This document shows, in pieces, positions 1 through 12,484 of a DNA stretch of 20,000 nt. A program made the position numbers and the translations under genes. This stretch comes from Xylographa opegraphella (Eukaryota): assembly GCA_022813865.1 (NCBI GenBank), contig JALDZX010000057.1, forward strand, positions 109,240 through 129,239, given 5' to 3'. The notes beneath the pieces were generated by a model. It was not told the DNA's origin. It saw only the letters and a list, made by a program, of their open reading frames with translations, and ran no database searches. Positions within the stretch are counted from its first letter, which is position 1, and every line of letters begins with the position of its first letter.

Positions 1-2160
1 TTCTTGACGCTCCTCCATCTCAATTGCCTCTATAGAACCTGGTATCAGAGGTGGTGGGCTTGAAGCGCTTCGTTGACTCCTGGATTGCAATGACCGATTG
101 TCGTATCGTTCAGGCTGCTGGTAAGTGTCATCCGGCTGAGGATCATACAGTCTTGGCGATTCTATCTCTGGGGTAAAAGAATCTGAGTTGTCTTCACGAG
201 GGTCTGGTCTTCCAACAAAAGGCTCTGGCTCTGGAGTGGAGGACATATCAGAAAAATCTGGTAAAATTCTGACAGTTCTTCTATGTACTGTGCGTCGTTG
301 GGGAGGGCTCTCTTGGCCATTCATACCGAAGAAAGCCCTCCCTTGGCCATTCATATCGAAGAAATCGACCCCCCTACGCCTGTTGTTATTTACCTCTGGA
401 GGTTGGCTGACTGGCAAGCTTGGAATACGACTGCTTGCGGCTACAAAGACGATGTCTTCCGTTTTTTGAATAAGTCGGACCAGCTTTCTCGAGTCCCATA
501 GAGATCGAAAACAGAAGGCTCTGACACAAGCGGCTATAGCCGCAAGAAGAATTGCTGTACTGTTGTCGTACCTATTTTCCACGATCCAAGTTTCTGGCGG
601 ATTTGACGTAAATGCCTCAGAAAAATCCACAGTATGTTCTATGGTCCCTGTTATCGAAGATGTCCGAACACAATTTGCGGTTACATCAACTTCCAAGAAC
701 AACGTTTCTGTCGATTCAGATACCAATGATTCAAAGAAAGTCTCGTTCATTAGAGCAATGATCCCCACAATATCAATGATATGGGAAGGAATACTCGGTA
801 ACCTCTCTCGAAGTGCAATATCGAATTTGTAGCTGGCTTGAGCTTCCTTACGACTAAATCTTGGCTGTTCGTGTTCTCTGTATCTGCGTTCATTGCAAAT
901 CCATAAATGCTTCATTTCTGCTAAAATACCCTTCTCCGTATCTGATAATGTTCCCAGATAGCGCACTTGATGAATACTTTCGAGTAGCTTGGAGACGTTT
1001 TGCGCGGATACTTCAAAGATTGATGGTCCATTGTACCTATCGTGATCAAATACTGCGCCTTTCGGACTAATGGGTAGGTGCAACAAGCCGAGTATTTGAC
1101 GATGTATATCGGATCTTTTCACATAACTACCGTCGGTACCTGGCATTCGGAACCATGGGCCTTGGTTGCCATTTGCCTCAGTGGCAGCGGCAACCCTATC
1201 GAAATCAGAAGTCTCCAGTTGGATGCAGTAGAGATTCTTCATATCAAGGCCCATCGCTTGAGCCCATTTCTTATGATGCCCAGTCTGAGCAACAAATTCT
1301 CGAGGTTTAAAGCTATAGAACTTTCCTTCCGGAGATTCCCCATTCCTTCCCCCACTGTTATAATTCGGCTGGAAACTACTCAAATCATAAACGCGATCAT
1401 CTACGAGAGGTCCCAGCGGTAAACAGCCCAACGCCAGCCAGGATAATTGCCACAATGGTATCGGATCTGGGTATAGTTCCTCGCTGTCGGCTTTGGAATG
1501 GGGTATGAAGTAGACTTCATCGATGCTCATCTCCGACTCGTCGAGCTTACAACGCCACCAGATTGTTCCTGTGATACCGTAGAGCTTCATAGAGCTTGGA
1601 CTAGAGTCCCACGCGTCACTCTTATCCTCGTCTTCCTCTATCAACAGTCGGCTCGCATTGTCGTTGGCGATGGCCTTGCCATGATCATCTCGCTTGCAGT
1701 AACGGCCAAGTAAACCAATCGCTAGGATCCAGAAACGGTGCACTGGCAGCCAAGATTGTCTTTGACGGAGAACGAGATTATCTCCTTCCCGCACACCCGA
1801 CGAGTACATCTCGATTATGGCGGCCAAGTTCACCCATCCCGTTTTGGAAATCTCGAAGGATCGCCGAAAGTTGTCAGATTTTTCAAACAGATGAGTTTCA
1901 CAGAAATGATCCTTCGGGTTCGGAGGCTCCATGAGCAACGGAGCCTTGACCTTGAGAAAGAAACGACCTTCGGACGAAAGCTTCAACCCATTTCGGATAT
2001 ATCCGGTGCGCTGGCTATCGATTGCATTCAGTGCTTCATGACGTTCGCTCCTCTTTTCTCTCAACAGTATCAATGGGCCAACAATACCAATCAAGGCTAT
2101 CAGCGCCAAGCCAACGGCAGCCCATGTACCAATAACACCAGCAAGATTCAAGCTATCCAT
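1..2160 (-). CDS. Uncharacterised fungal protein, >=720 aa, single N-terminal TM/signal-anchor helix; 3' end lies beyond the left edge of the window
   Basis: Manual reading of the minus frame finds no stop from ATG at 2160 (CAT 2158-2160) to position 1; the nearest upstream in-frame stop is at 2188-2190. It translates MDSLNLAGVIGTWAAVGLALIALIGIVGPLILLREKRSERHEALNAID...TGWVNLAAIIEMYS...SWLPVHRFWILAIGLLGRY...PIPLWQLSWLALGCLP..., ending in a P/S/R/D-rich tail (SPPPLIPGSIEAIEMEERQE). It is absent from the ORF track, probably because it has no stop inside the window. Confidence 0.88.
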   Translation of the reverse strand, partial: MDSLNLAGVIGTWAAVGLALIALIGIVGPLILLREKRSERHEALNAIDSQRTGYIRNGLKLSSEGRFFLKVKAPLLMEPPNPKDHFCETHLFEKSDNFRRSFEISKTGWVNLAAIIEMYSSGVREGDNLVLRQRQSWLPVHRFWILAIGLLGRYCKRDDHGKAIANDNASRLLIEEDEDKSDAWDSSPSSMKLYGITGTIWWRCKLDESEMSIDEVYFIPHSKADSEELYPDPIPLWQLSWLALGCLPLGPLVDDRVYDLSSFQPNYNSGGRNGESPEGKFYSFKPREFVAQTGHHKKWAQAMGLDMKNLYCIQLETSDFDRVAAATEANGNQGPWFRMPGTDGSYVKRSDIHRQILGLLHLPISPKGAVFDHDRYNGPSIFEVSAQNVSKLLESIHQVRYLGTLSDTEKGILAEMKHLWICNERRYREHEQPRFSRKEAQASYKFDIALRERLPSIPSHIIDIVGIIALMNETFFESLVSESTETLFLEVDVTANCVRTSSITGTIEHTVDFSEAFTSNPPETWIVENRYDNSTAILLAAIAACVRAFCFRSLWDSRKLVRLIQKTEDIVFVAASSRIPSLPVSQPPEVNNNRRRGVDFFDMNGQGRAFFGMNGQESPPQRRTVHRRTVRILPDFSDMSSTPEPEPFVGRPDPREDNSDSFTPEIESPRLYDPQPDDTYQQPERYDNRSLQSRSQRSASSPPPLIPGSIEAIEMEERQE
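312..364. repeat. Two near-identical 23-bp copies at 30-bp period inside the left-edge gene (encodes FFDMNGQ / FFGMNGQ)
   Basis: cttggccattcataccgaagaaa (312-334) versus cttggccattcatatcgaagaaa (342-364): one mismatch, frame-preserving spacing. Confidence 0.85.
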
Positions 2161-2991
2161 AACGCTGGCGCCTTGAGATTCCAAGGGTCACAACAAGGTA
2201 AGATGAAGCTAAAGTGAAGTCCGAACGGCTATAGAGCTATCAAGAACTCAAGGAACAATTGCAGTCCCTACGCTGCTCCACATATATGGTCTACTATCAA
2301 CCGACACAATGAAGCACACTCTACCACTTGAACGGAAGTCTAGTTCAAAGCAACACAGACGATGAGACGACTCGTAATCCTGAAAAGAACCAAACAACTT
2401 ATGAAGAGACTGCTGCGCGTATCAGCACTGGAACACAAAGGGAAAGATCAACTACGGCGGTAGCATGAGCGGGGTTGAAAGCCACCATGCAACTAGTACA
2501 GTTAGCTTTCGCATGTCACAGCTGGATAGCGGAAGGTCCATGTGTCGTCCCAGTCGATTCCTGAAGCTCATACAGGATGCGTAATCCTTCATCATGCAAA
2601 TATTGTACATAGTAAATGGTGGATGGCTATCCCCGGGAGAGCAATCGGCTCGGGCCAACCAGGCTAAGCCTCATACAGGTTATCCTTACCCTAGTTGGAC
2701 CCTAAAGCGCTTGGCAAATCTCAGGGGAAGTGCTGCGGCGTCGGAAGATTGTTTCAAGTGACGACGAGTCACCAAGGACGAAGGATGAAGGAAGTGGCTG
2801 TTCTACTTGGCTCTTCATTGTAGCAACCCTATTGGCGCACCACATACATAGCAATGTCTATGGCTGTTGCCTGGCCAGGATGAAGGTATATGTCGATCGT
2901 TCTCACCTCTGCCTTGCCTTGTTTTCGTTGCTGCATCATAATACATGCCCTATGCCCATACAGGTAGTGGGCGAGTGTCAAACAGTTCAAA

Positions 2992-4739
2992 ATGGCCATG
3001 GCTCTTGATGCTGAACCGTTCACTTTGGTGGAGTCTACGACCGAGCCTCCTACCGTTGTTTCCGGTGACTTCAAAGATTTCTTTTCTGGCAAATCCAGCG
3101 ATCTCGACGTTCATTTGACAAAAGCCATTCGACGTGATTATCCCAATCACACGCTCTCCATTGTCCCTGTTACTAGGGCCATCAACTTGCTTGCTTACGC
3201 ATACTCTGGCAACGCCGCTGCTGCCCTAGATACGAGCACGGAAGACATCATTCGATGGCGTAGCTGGCAGCCTGGTTTTCGTGGTCAGCCTGGCGAGCTT
3301 GCCAGCTCCATACGTTTTGCCAAATACAATTATACTTGGCTTGGTGAAAAGTTCGTCATGTACTGGGTTCCGTATCTAAATTTGGTTCTTCAATACATCG
3401 TGCACGAATGTGCTGCCGACGAGAAGGTAACGGACCAATCGAGAATGGTTGATGAGCTGATTAAAGCCATTGGGGAGTGGTCGGCTCCCGACGACAAGTT
3501 TGTTTATGTGTACGATAGCCGATGGGTTGCAAGTCGGGCGTTGTATGACGAGATTCACAAATCAAGTTGGGACGATGTCATCCTGGACGACGTTATGAAA
3601 AAAACACTGACAGATATCGTGGGAAACTTCTTTGATAGTAAGCGATCCGCTCCATGAAGGGTAGGATATTTCCAACGTTGTTCTCTAGGCAAAGATGTAT
3701 ACGACGAACTTGGTGTTCCATGGAAGGTAGTACCGCTGATGAAATTGCCTCTGCTGGCATCAGCTGATCTATAGATAGCGGGGGGTAATATTTCATGGTC
3801 CTGCTGGGAATGGAAAAACCGTGTCTATAAAAGGTATAGCATGTGACTGAGAGCTCTTCTACCATTCAGATAATTAATGGGAATGCTAGCTATCATGAAC
3901 ACTCTAGCTACTCGCGAGAAGCCGATTGATTTGCTTTACGTTAAATCGGCGCCTAGCACATTCAACATTCGCGACGTTTTCACGGTCGCTCGTAATTTCG
4001 CACCCTGTCTTCTCGTCCTCGAAGATATCGACACCATAGTGACCTCCTTTACTCGATCTTACTTCTTCAATGAGGTGGATGGCTTGGAGCGCAATGATGG
4101 AATCATGATGGTAGCCAGTACCAACCACTGTAAGTCAACCGGAATCTCGTAACACAGTTCTGATACCAAGCTTCATCTTGACCAAACACAGTGGACCAAC
4201 TCGATCCCGGTCTCTCCAAGCGGCCCTCCCGCTTCGACAGGAAATACTTCTTCCCCAACCCATCCCAATCCGATCGCACCCTCTACTGCGAATACTGGCG
4301 CACCAAGCTCCGCAGCAAACCCAGCGTCCACTTCCCCAAGAAACTCTGTCCCGCCATGGCGCGTATCATGGAAGATTTCAGCTTCGCCTACATGAAGGAA
4401 GCCTTCGTCTCCACCCTGCTCGTCATGGCCAACAATCGTACCGATAAAGGCCTGATGCTACAAAGTACCGACGGCAATGACGACGGCAGCGACGACGATT
4501 TGGACGACTATGAGCTCTGGCGCGAGATGAAGAAGCAGGTCGCCCTCTTGAGGGAGGACATGGGCAGCGCGAACCCGTCGAAGGCCTTGACGGAGGAGCA
4601 TGTGGGGCCGGGGCCCGATGACCTCGCCGTCAACTTTGATACCGAGGGTAAGCCGACCATCAGCACGAGACCAATGAAAGGCCTGGTTCTTGATCAGCGG
4701 AAGTTCCCTGCGCAGTTCATGCGCGACAGTGAGTATTAA
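2992..4739 (+). CDS. Single-module AAA+ ATPase of an uncharacterised fungal type, ~508 aa, 5 exons
   Basis: Exons 2992-3637, 3689-3726, 3779-3833, 3890-4129, 4192-4739 (GT-AG introns of 51, 52, 56, 62 bp; 1527 nt, in frame). The spliced product has WDDVILD, LGVPWKRGVIFHGPAGNGKT (Walker A), CLLVLEDID (Walker B), NEVDG, and ASTNHLDQLDPGLSKRPSRFDRK (sensor-1/second region of homology with Arg fingers). The start is in strong context (ttcaaaATGg). Confidence 0.92.
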
Positions 4740-5094
4740 GGCGCGAAATGAGCAGTAGTGGTGGTGAACAGGAAGTGATGTTTTTGAATGTGATTTCGGG
4801 AGGGCCTCGCGATCGTGGAGTAGTCAACCGGATTTCAGGAACGGAGAGACTGAGTTGCAAATAAACACCTGTTCCATAAAGCAGCTGTGCCATGGGTTGT
4901 ATTTAGCTATGAACAATGAGGACCCCACCTTGACGGAACGCGACTTGACGGAAGGCATCAAAACTGTCTTTGACAAGGGCCCGCGAGCTTACGATCCTCT
5001 GAAGTTCTTTTTGTACTGGCTCCAACAGGAGCTCTTGTATTCATCAACATTGAAGCCACACATGATGAACGAGGTTATATACAAATGTCCCACA

Positions 5095-6948
5095 TCACCA
5101 TTTCATCTCACCACCAGCCCGGAGTCTGCTCAGCGCCACCCCCAAGACCCCTGATACCACATCTTCCTCTCTCTCTCCCGGTTTCCACCTACTCTTGAGC
5201 TCATCCCAGATCTCCAGAGTCCGCCCCTCCCCGCTGCACTTTGCAAAAGCCCTGACCGCCCATATCGCGATCCATTTGGCGACCACCACGTTCTCCGTCT
5301 GGTTATCCACCATCCCTAGAAAAGATTCCCATACGCTTTCAAGCCGTGCTCGAGTCCAGAGGGAGTAGTGACCCCGACCATGTAAAGAAAAGCCACGAAA
5401 CAGCTCTAGAAAAATCCGTCCACGGATAGGCAGCCCTAGGACTTGCAGATCGTCCAGAAGAGCAGCAATGCGTTGAAGCTCGCCTGTATGGGAAACGTGG
5501 TGCGTGAGGAGGACAACAATTGTATGGAAGTTAGGGGCTAGCGATTGCTCGTCTTGAAGCTGCTGTTTCCTGCTCGAGTCCGCGTCGAAAGCTGTAGCAG
5601 CACGGTTGAGCACCCGACCTAGTTCTCTGGCTTCAGACCAGCGGTTGGTGGGGAGCTTCCGGCCGGTGCGACGAGTGTACATAATTTTCATACGTTCGTA
5701 GACCTGATCGGCAGCCGGGATTTCGCCAGCACGTTGCAAAGATGCGATCACACAGTTGAGAACGGCGGTGTCAACAATCTGGCCATCGTTGACGAAATCT
5801 CGGTAAGCTTTCCTGACGCCGTTACCGTCGCCACGAAGGCCGTAATAGTAGATCAGTCCTACATGCGCGTACCGGTTAATTCGTAATTTTCTAGCTTCCA
5901 TCTCTTTCAGGATCATCTCGGCCAAGGCAAACTTGCCAGCCTTCGCAGCAATATCGAACAAGATGTTGAAGGTTACATGGTTACCAGAAACCCCGGCCTC
6001 CTGCTCCATTTCTTTCCATGATCGGAGAGCCAGCTCGACTTCTAGAGAGGAGACTTTTGAGAAGCCTCGACCTACAAGGTGAATCGCGCTGCTCCATTCG
6101 GCCGTGCTTAAGGGAATCTCGGCTGCTTTCATATCATCCACAACGGAGAGGTACCATAAAATTTCATTTCGCACTTTGTTCTGAATTACTGATAGTCTTC
6201 GAAGCAGTGTTCGACGAATATCTTGTGTAAGATACGAGACACCAGGAAAAGGAAGAGCTTGGTAGTTTTTATAGAGTTGCTCGTTTGAAGTGTTTCCATT
6301 CATGACCGCTTTTGTCAAAGACTCGATTGCCGAGTCAATATCAACCAATTCAAGCTCCATTATAGTGGCCGTCTTAGACAAAACCTCATGACGTCTCTTT
6401 TTATTCAATGGTTCCTCCGCTGATGAGCTGGTCTCAGGAGACTCGATTTCTGGTAATCCGGGGGTTTTCAGAACTGGCTTCCTAGGCGGGTCTGTTTGGT
6501 ATATTTCCCTGTAATAATCGAGCATAGCTAGATAGTCATCCCGAGTCGAGGTTTTATAGATTGTTAAGCAATGAGTTTTGTCTGTCGCAGATGTATGGTA
6601 GGACATGGTGTCCGCTTCGAAGAAGCTGAGCTGCCTCCGCCGTAATTTATGGAGGAGTGAAGTAGAAGCTGAGTGCAGTGTCTCTGACGTTTTGCTGTAT
6701 GGCGCGTGTTGACGGCAAGTTCCAGCCTTCACCAGAGCACTGATGAAGAAGTTGTCCATCTTCCGCCGCTTAGCAGCATCAGCGCAGCGGGTTGACAGTA
6801 TTTCCACTTGCCGTTTATATTGGTCCTTTCGATGATTCTGAGACGCTAATTGAGAATGCGCCGGGAATAAGAACAATTGAGGGTTGGATCTTAGCTTTGT
6901 GACATTGGAGCTGCTCATCGACCTGCCGGAGGTACCAAGAATTGACAT
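5095..6948 (-). CDS. Pentatricopeptide repeat (PPR) protein, probably a mitochondrial RNA-binding factor, 617 aa
   Basis: Intronless ORF with tandem ~35-aa PPR motifs: VTFNILFDIAAKAGKFALAEMILKEMEARKLRINR, YAHVGLIYYYGLRGDGNGVRKAYRDFVNDGQIVDT, AVLNCVIASLQRAGEIPAADQVYERMK, and a preceding AEWSSAIHLVGR...WKEMEQEAGV. The first 41 aa have no acidic residue and are S/R/K-rich (presequence-like). The exact start codon is uncertain. Confidence 0.88.
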   Translation of the reverse strand: MSILGTSGRSMSSSNVTKLRSNPQLFLFPAHSQLASQNHRKDQYKRQVEILSTRCADAAKRRKMDNFFISALVKAGTCRQHAPYSKTSETLHSASTSLLHKLRRRQLSFFEADTMSYHTSATDKTHCLTIYKTSTRDDYLAMLDYYREIYQTDPPRKPVLKTPGLPEIESPETSSSAEEPLNKKRRHEVLSKTATIMELELVDIDSAIESLTKAVMNGNTSNEQLYKNYQALPFPGVSYLTQDIRRTLLRRLSVIQNKVRNEILWYLSVVDDMKAAEIPLSTAEWSSAIHLVGRGFSKVSSLEVELALRSWKEMEQEAGVSGNHVTFNILFDIAAKAGKFALAEMILKEMEARKLRINRYAHVGLIYYYGLRGDGNGVRKAYRDFVNDGQIVDTAVLNCVIASLQRAGEIPAADQVYERMKIMYTRRTGRKLPTNRWSEARELGRVLNRAATAFDADSSRKQQLQDEQSLAPNFHTIVVLLTHHVSHTGELQRIAALLDDLQVLGLPIRGRIFLELFRGFSLHGRGHYSLWTRARLESVWESFLGMVDNQTENVVVAKWIAIWAVRAFAKCSGEGRTLEIWDELKSRWKPGEREEDVVSGVLGVALSRLRAGGEMKW

Positions 6949-7185
6949 GGAGTGTGACGCATTGTGTCAGCTGTGCGACTGCAGGCCCATCGGTCTGCCA
7001 ATAACTCATATGTGTACTTCTATTATCATTCTCAAATACCCAAGGTGGTGCTGAACGGTTATAGTCGTTTGGGTGGTGTCTTGACATTGGGAAAATCCGC
7101 TCGTAAGGCTGAACGACATACCCCTGCCCATTAACTTCAACATTAAACATCTGAGCGAGCTTACTAGAGCACACACGAATACTGC
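6949..7185. promoter_or_regulatory. Compact divergent (likely bidirectional) promoter region between the PPR gene and RSM25
   Basis: Only 237 bp separate the two oppositely oriented start codons (6948 on minus, 7186 on plus). Confidence 0.6.
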
Positions 7186-8018
7186 ATGGGACGCTATAAC
7201 TTTCGCCCTCAGCGGGTATACCAGGCTACCACTCAGCTTCTCTCAACAGGAAGACTTACGGCACCACCATCCTGGTACAACATTGTCGGCAATGTACCGC
7301 CACCTCAGATACTTGTGCGAACACAACCTATAGAGCATCACCGACGATCGAGGACAAAGAAACCGAGCAAACTTTTCCAACCTCAAAACATAACATATCC
7401 TGAAGATAAGCTGCGGAGGGAGTTCTTTGGTGATCATCCATGGGAGCTGGCAAGACCACGGGTTGTCCTGGAGAACGACGGAAAGGATGCGCAAACAGAA
7501 GATTGGAGTCAGATAAGACAGCCAGGAAGGCCGCTTGACGGAGAGAGGTAGAGATCTCCAACATGTATGAGCAAATTGCCTGGAGTTAGTAATACTGACC
7601 AAACCTTAGTGTGGTCCGAAGACAAGCATGGCTCATGGAGAACGTTCCCAAGATATCCAAGGCCGGTGCATACGACCAGGCCAGGAGAGAGTTTTACGAA
7701 GAGCGATTGCAGGAAGATGTCGAAAGGCGAGTAGCGAAAGAGGAAGCACTGGCTACTGGTGCTTACTTTGGCAAGTCGATGCTCGAGGTAGGGATGGAGC
7801 TGGAAGACAGAGAGTATGAGAGGTGGCGCGAATGGGCCAGTAAGGAAGTTACAGAAGCGAAGCAAAGACAAGCAGCAATGTATACGGGCGTGGACAACTC
7901 TTCGATGACGATCTCGGCCGACGATCCTGAAACGATAGCTGGCATGGAAGACTTTGAAGAAGACAGTATACCAGCACAAGGTCAAGAATCATTGGGAGGT
8001 ATGCCAGTAAAGCCGTAG
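7186..8018 (+). CDS. RSM25: Mitochondrial small-subunit ribosomal protein mS23 (Rsm25), ~256 aa, 2 exons
   Basis: Exons 7186-7547 and 7610-8018 (62-bp intron GTAGAG...CTGAC...TAG; 771 nt). Characteristic segments are [60 protein letters not shown] and [10 protein letters not shown]...[13 protein letters not shown]. Confidence 0.93.
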
Positions 8019-8699
8019 CATCCATTTTTCCCTACTGTTCATTCAAAGATCACTAATGAAAAGACGTTTGTGAATTGTATTTACGAAGTGATTTCTCATG
8101 TGATTAGAATTTAGTGGTGACGCTTCTTTGAGGTGAGTTACAGTTGTCAATGATAGTTTTTCCCCTAAGGAATACTTTACTGTTGCTACGATTTAAGATA
8201 CGCCTTTAGTTGACATGTCCTCTGCTCTACTCCAAATACTACTCTGTGAGCATTACATTCCGGCAGCATGTATGCAGTTTGTGCAGTTATCTGTTGATGT
8301 CATACTCATTGACGTCTAACTTTCTCTTCCCTCACAGATCCTCAGTATGTGGCTACTCTCACATCAAATTGTCTTGTACTCATGCCTACTCTTTACTATT
8401 ACATATGATTCACTATTGTTCTAGGACCGCTCCTTTCTTGGCCGGTCTTCCTTTTCCAGTATATATATTGTCAATTGTTCAGAACTGTGCTTTTTTCTCA
8501 GACAGTTCCCAATCACAAGCATAACCCATCAAGATACCATCAATGCATTAGGCAGTATTCATACGCTTCGATCCTCCAACAAAAGCCCACCCTGCCCGTC
8601 TGAATATATCTCTACATAAATTTATCTCGTGCTCTACCACGTGCGTAGTTGTAGCCTAATAACAAGCTTCTTATCAGGTGTTCTATCCGTCAGCAGACA

Positions 8700-9505
8700 A
8701 TGGAAGACTTTAGCATCACCTTTGAAACCTCTAGCCCGCGGCCTTCAACATACACCGACACTAACACACCATTAGACTGTTACCGCGATGAGTGGAAAGT
8801 CTACATTGTCGACAAGATCTGGGCTGGCTACAAGGTATTTCCGATTCTACCCAACCAGGCGGAGCGTAAAGAGGGTAGAGCGATCTCGGAAGCCTTGGCA
8901 GTTGCCTTGAATAACGAGTATGGGCCTTCTGGCGCAACAACACGCGCTGGGCCACATAAGCAGTTCCTGGTGCTGAAGGGCAATGAAACCAACGTTGATG
9001 CTGATGATGTTGAAGCCATCTTCAGAGCCCTGAATCGGAAGAATAAAAAGAGTGGTATACGTTTCGCGCGCAGGCCATGGAGAATGAATGGAACGGAACG
9101 ATGTCAAAGAATGGAGATGCATGGTTGATCAAGCCCCGGAGAGCCGAAACCACATACCTTTTTTGCACTATTGGTGAAAATACGTTTAGCACCCTTGGTC
9201 ACGCTTTTGCAAGCATCACGTATAGGCAATACCATTGGAGCCAAGCGCGCAAGGAGAACTTTATGTTACGTGAAGCGAAAAGACGAGGGAGCTATTTCAA
9301 CCATCCGGTGTACACGAATCAAAATCTCGACAACCTGTGGAGATATTGGGGAGGTGAGAACTGGGACGTGGAGGGGCCTGAAAAGCCATTGGACGCCGAT
9401 GTGCTGGGAATGGTAGAAGCCAGACTCATAAGTAAGGGGGTGGTCTGGGAAGAGGCCGATGACACTCCGAGCAAGAGCGGGCCTCTTGTACACCCTGCAG
9501 ACTGA
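8700..9505 (+). pseudogene. Orphan gene split into two overlapping ORFs (8700-9128 and 9077-9505) by a probable 5-bp duplication frameshift; restored product ~266 aa, unknown function
   Basis: GAACG-GAACG tandem at 9091-9100. Removing one copy fuses the two frames exactly (801 nt): ...RFARRPWRMNGT|MSKNGDAWLIKPRR.... I found no convincing frame-restoring intron by eye. The start has good context (gacaATGg). Confidence 0.55.
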
Positions 9506-10086
9506 CATCGAAAGTCCACAGGCGGTGATCTCAGCGGAAGCAGATAGGTGGCAGGGTTTAGATCAGAAAATCCGTGTCTTTCGGTAGCGGCGAGACGTTA
9601 GGAAACCGCCAACAACTGGTCATCGGCATGGGTCCCTGCAATCCCTGTTTGAATACCTGAGTACTGTACTTCGGCACAGGCGCCAGTCACGATTTGTCTA
9701 TGAATTTTCTTTGCTTTTGCATGCAACTATGTTCACTTTGGTAATGACTTTCCCTTTGTAATTGCGTGCGCGCATGTTTGGACATTCGCTGGACGATTCC
9801 GAGCAGCCAGACGTCGTGTATCTGCCATAACGGCCTCCTAGACCGCTATAGATGAACAATTACGTCTGCTGTGAAACAGTTCAGGATTTGCTAGTGAATA
9901 TGATTGTAAATGCCCCTGAAGTAAAGTCACCACCTCGAGGTCCACACAGTCCATAGTCGTCCAGCGCTGCACGAAGTAATGCGAGCTCCTTCATAATACA
10001 AGCTCCCTCGTATCTCGGCAGCCTCGGTGCCTCGTCAATTCAATGGCGTCATCCGGGTCTAGACCGAGGCTTTCGGACGAGCTGTC

Positions 10087-11870
<1,784 letters not shown>

Positions 11871-11997
11871 GGGATTCTGCGGTGCTGACCAGATTCGTCG
11901 AGAATGCTGTTGTAGAAGATATCGCCAGTGAAATAGAATTCAAGTTCGCGAATGCACAGGGACAACAGATCATGTACAATTTGTATTCCATTTGCTG

Positions 11998-12025
11998 GAC
12001 TACCATACAGTGACTACCATACAGT
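11998..12025. repeat. Perfect 14-bp tandem duplication downstream of GLR1
   Basis: gactaccatacagt twice (11998-12011, 12012-12025). Confidence 0.9.
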
Positions 12026-12484
12026 TATGAGGCCTTTGAGGCCTGACAGTACGGCTGATGCTCCTTCATGGTAGCATCATCCGCTAGTTTCAAGTTATTC
12101 GCACTGTCGTGACCGACACAGAAGGCCGCTATGCTCCCATAGGTACAAAAATCATGCAGCTTAGCCCAGCTGTGGAGGGTGATAGATGAGGACAAACACG
12201 ATCGGTGTACATGACAAAGATGTCTCGTACGTGATCGTTTCCTCCTCAATCGTATCGTACAAGTCGTTAAGATCATCGAAACACACCGAAAACTCACATA
12301 CAAGAAAAAAAGCCGCCAATGTGCGGAAACCCAATACTTTTAGATGGCTCCAGGTGGTGTACCTTTCAGATACACCGCCTTGTACCGTAACTTTCCGATG
12401 TGACGTTTTCGACTCCTGACAGGTGTCCCACCTCATATTCCTCAAAGCGCCACCAGTGTGAGTACCAAGTCGAAGTATCCTCAG

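Noticed and set aside
188..2217. Seven plus-strand ORFs of 69-159 aa
   Set aside because: Antisense shadows of the continuous minus-strand gene at 1-2160; no recognisable motifs.
2685..2707. Telomere-like CCCTAG/CCCTAA words
   Set aside because: Only two non-adjacent hexamers; expected by chance.
4855..5154. 99-aa plus-strand ORF between the AAA and PPR genes
   Set aside because: Non-ATG start as listed, overlaps the PPR 3' end in antisense, and lies in a short convergent terminator region.
6815..7174. 119-aa minus-strand ORF in the PPR/RSM25 spacer
   Set aside because: Overlaps the PPR start out of frame and fills the promoter space. At most a source of upstream AUGs; I found no convincing splice to the PPR frame.
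8210..8524. 104-aa Cys/Ser/Tyr-rich ORF
   Set aside because: Non-ATG start in AT/pyrimidine-rich intergenic sequence with non-coding-like composition.
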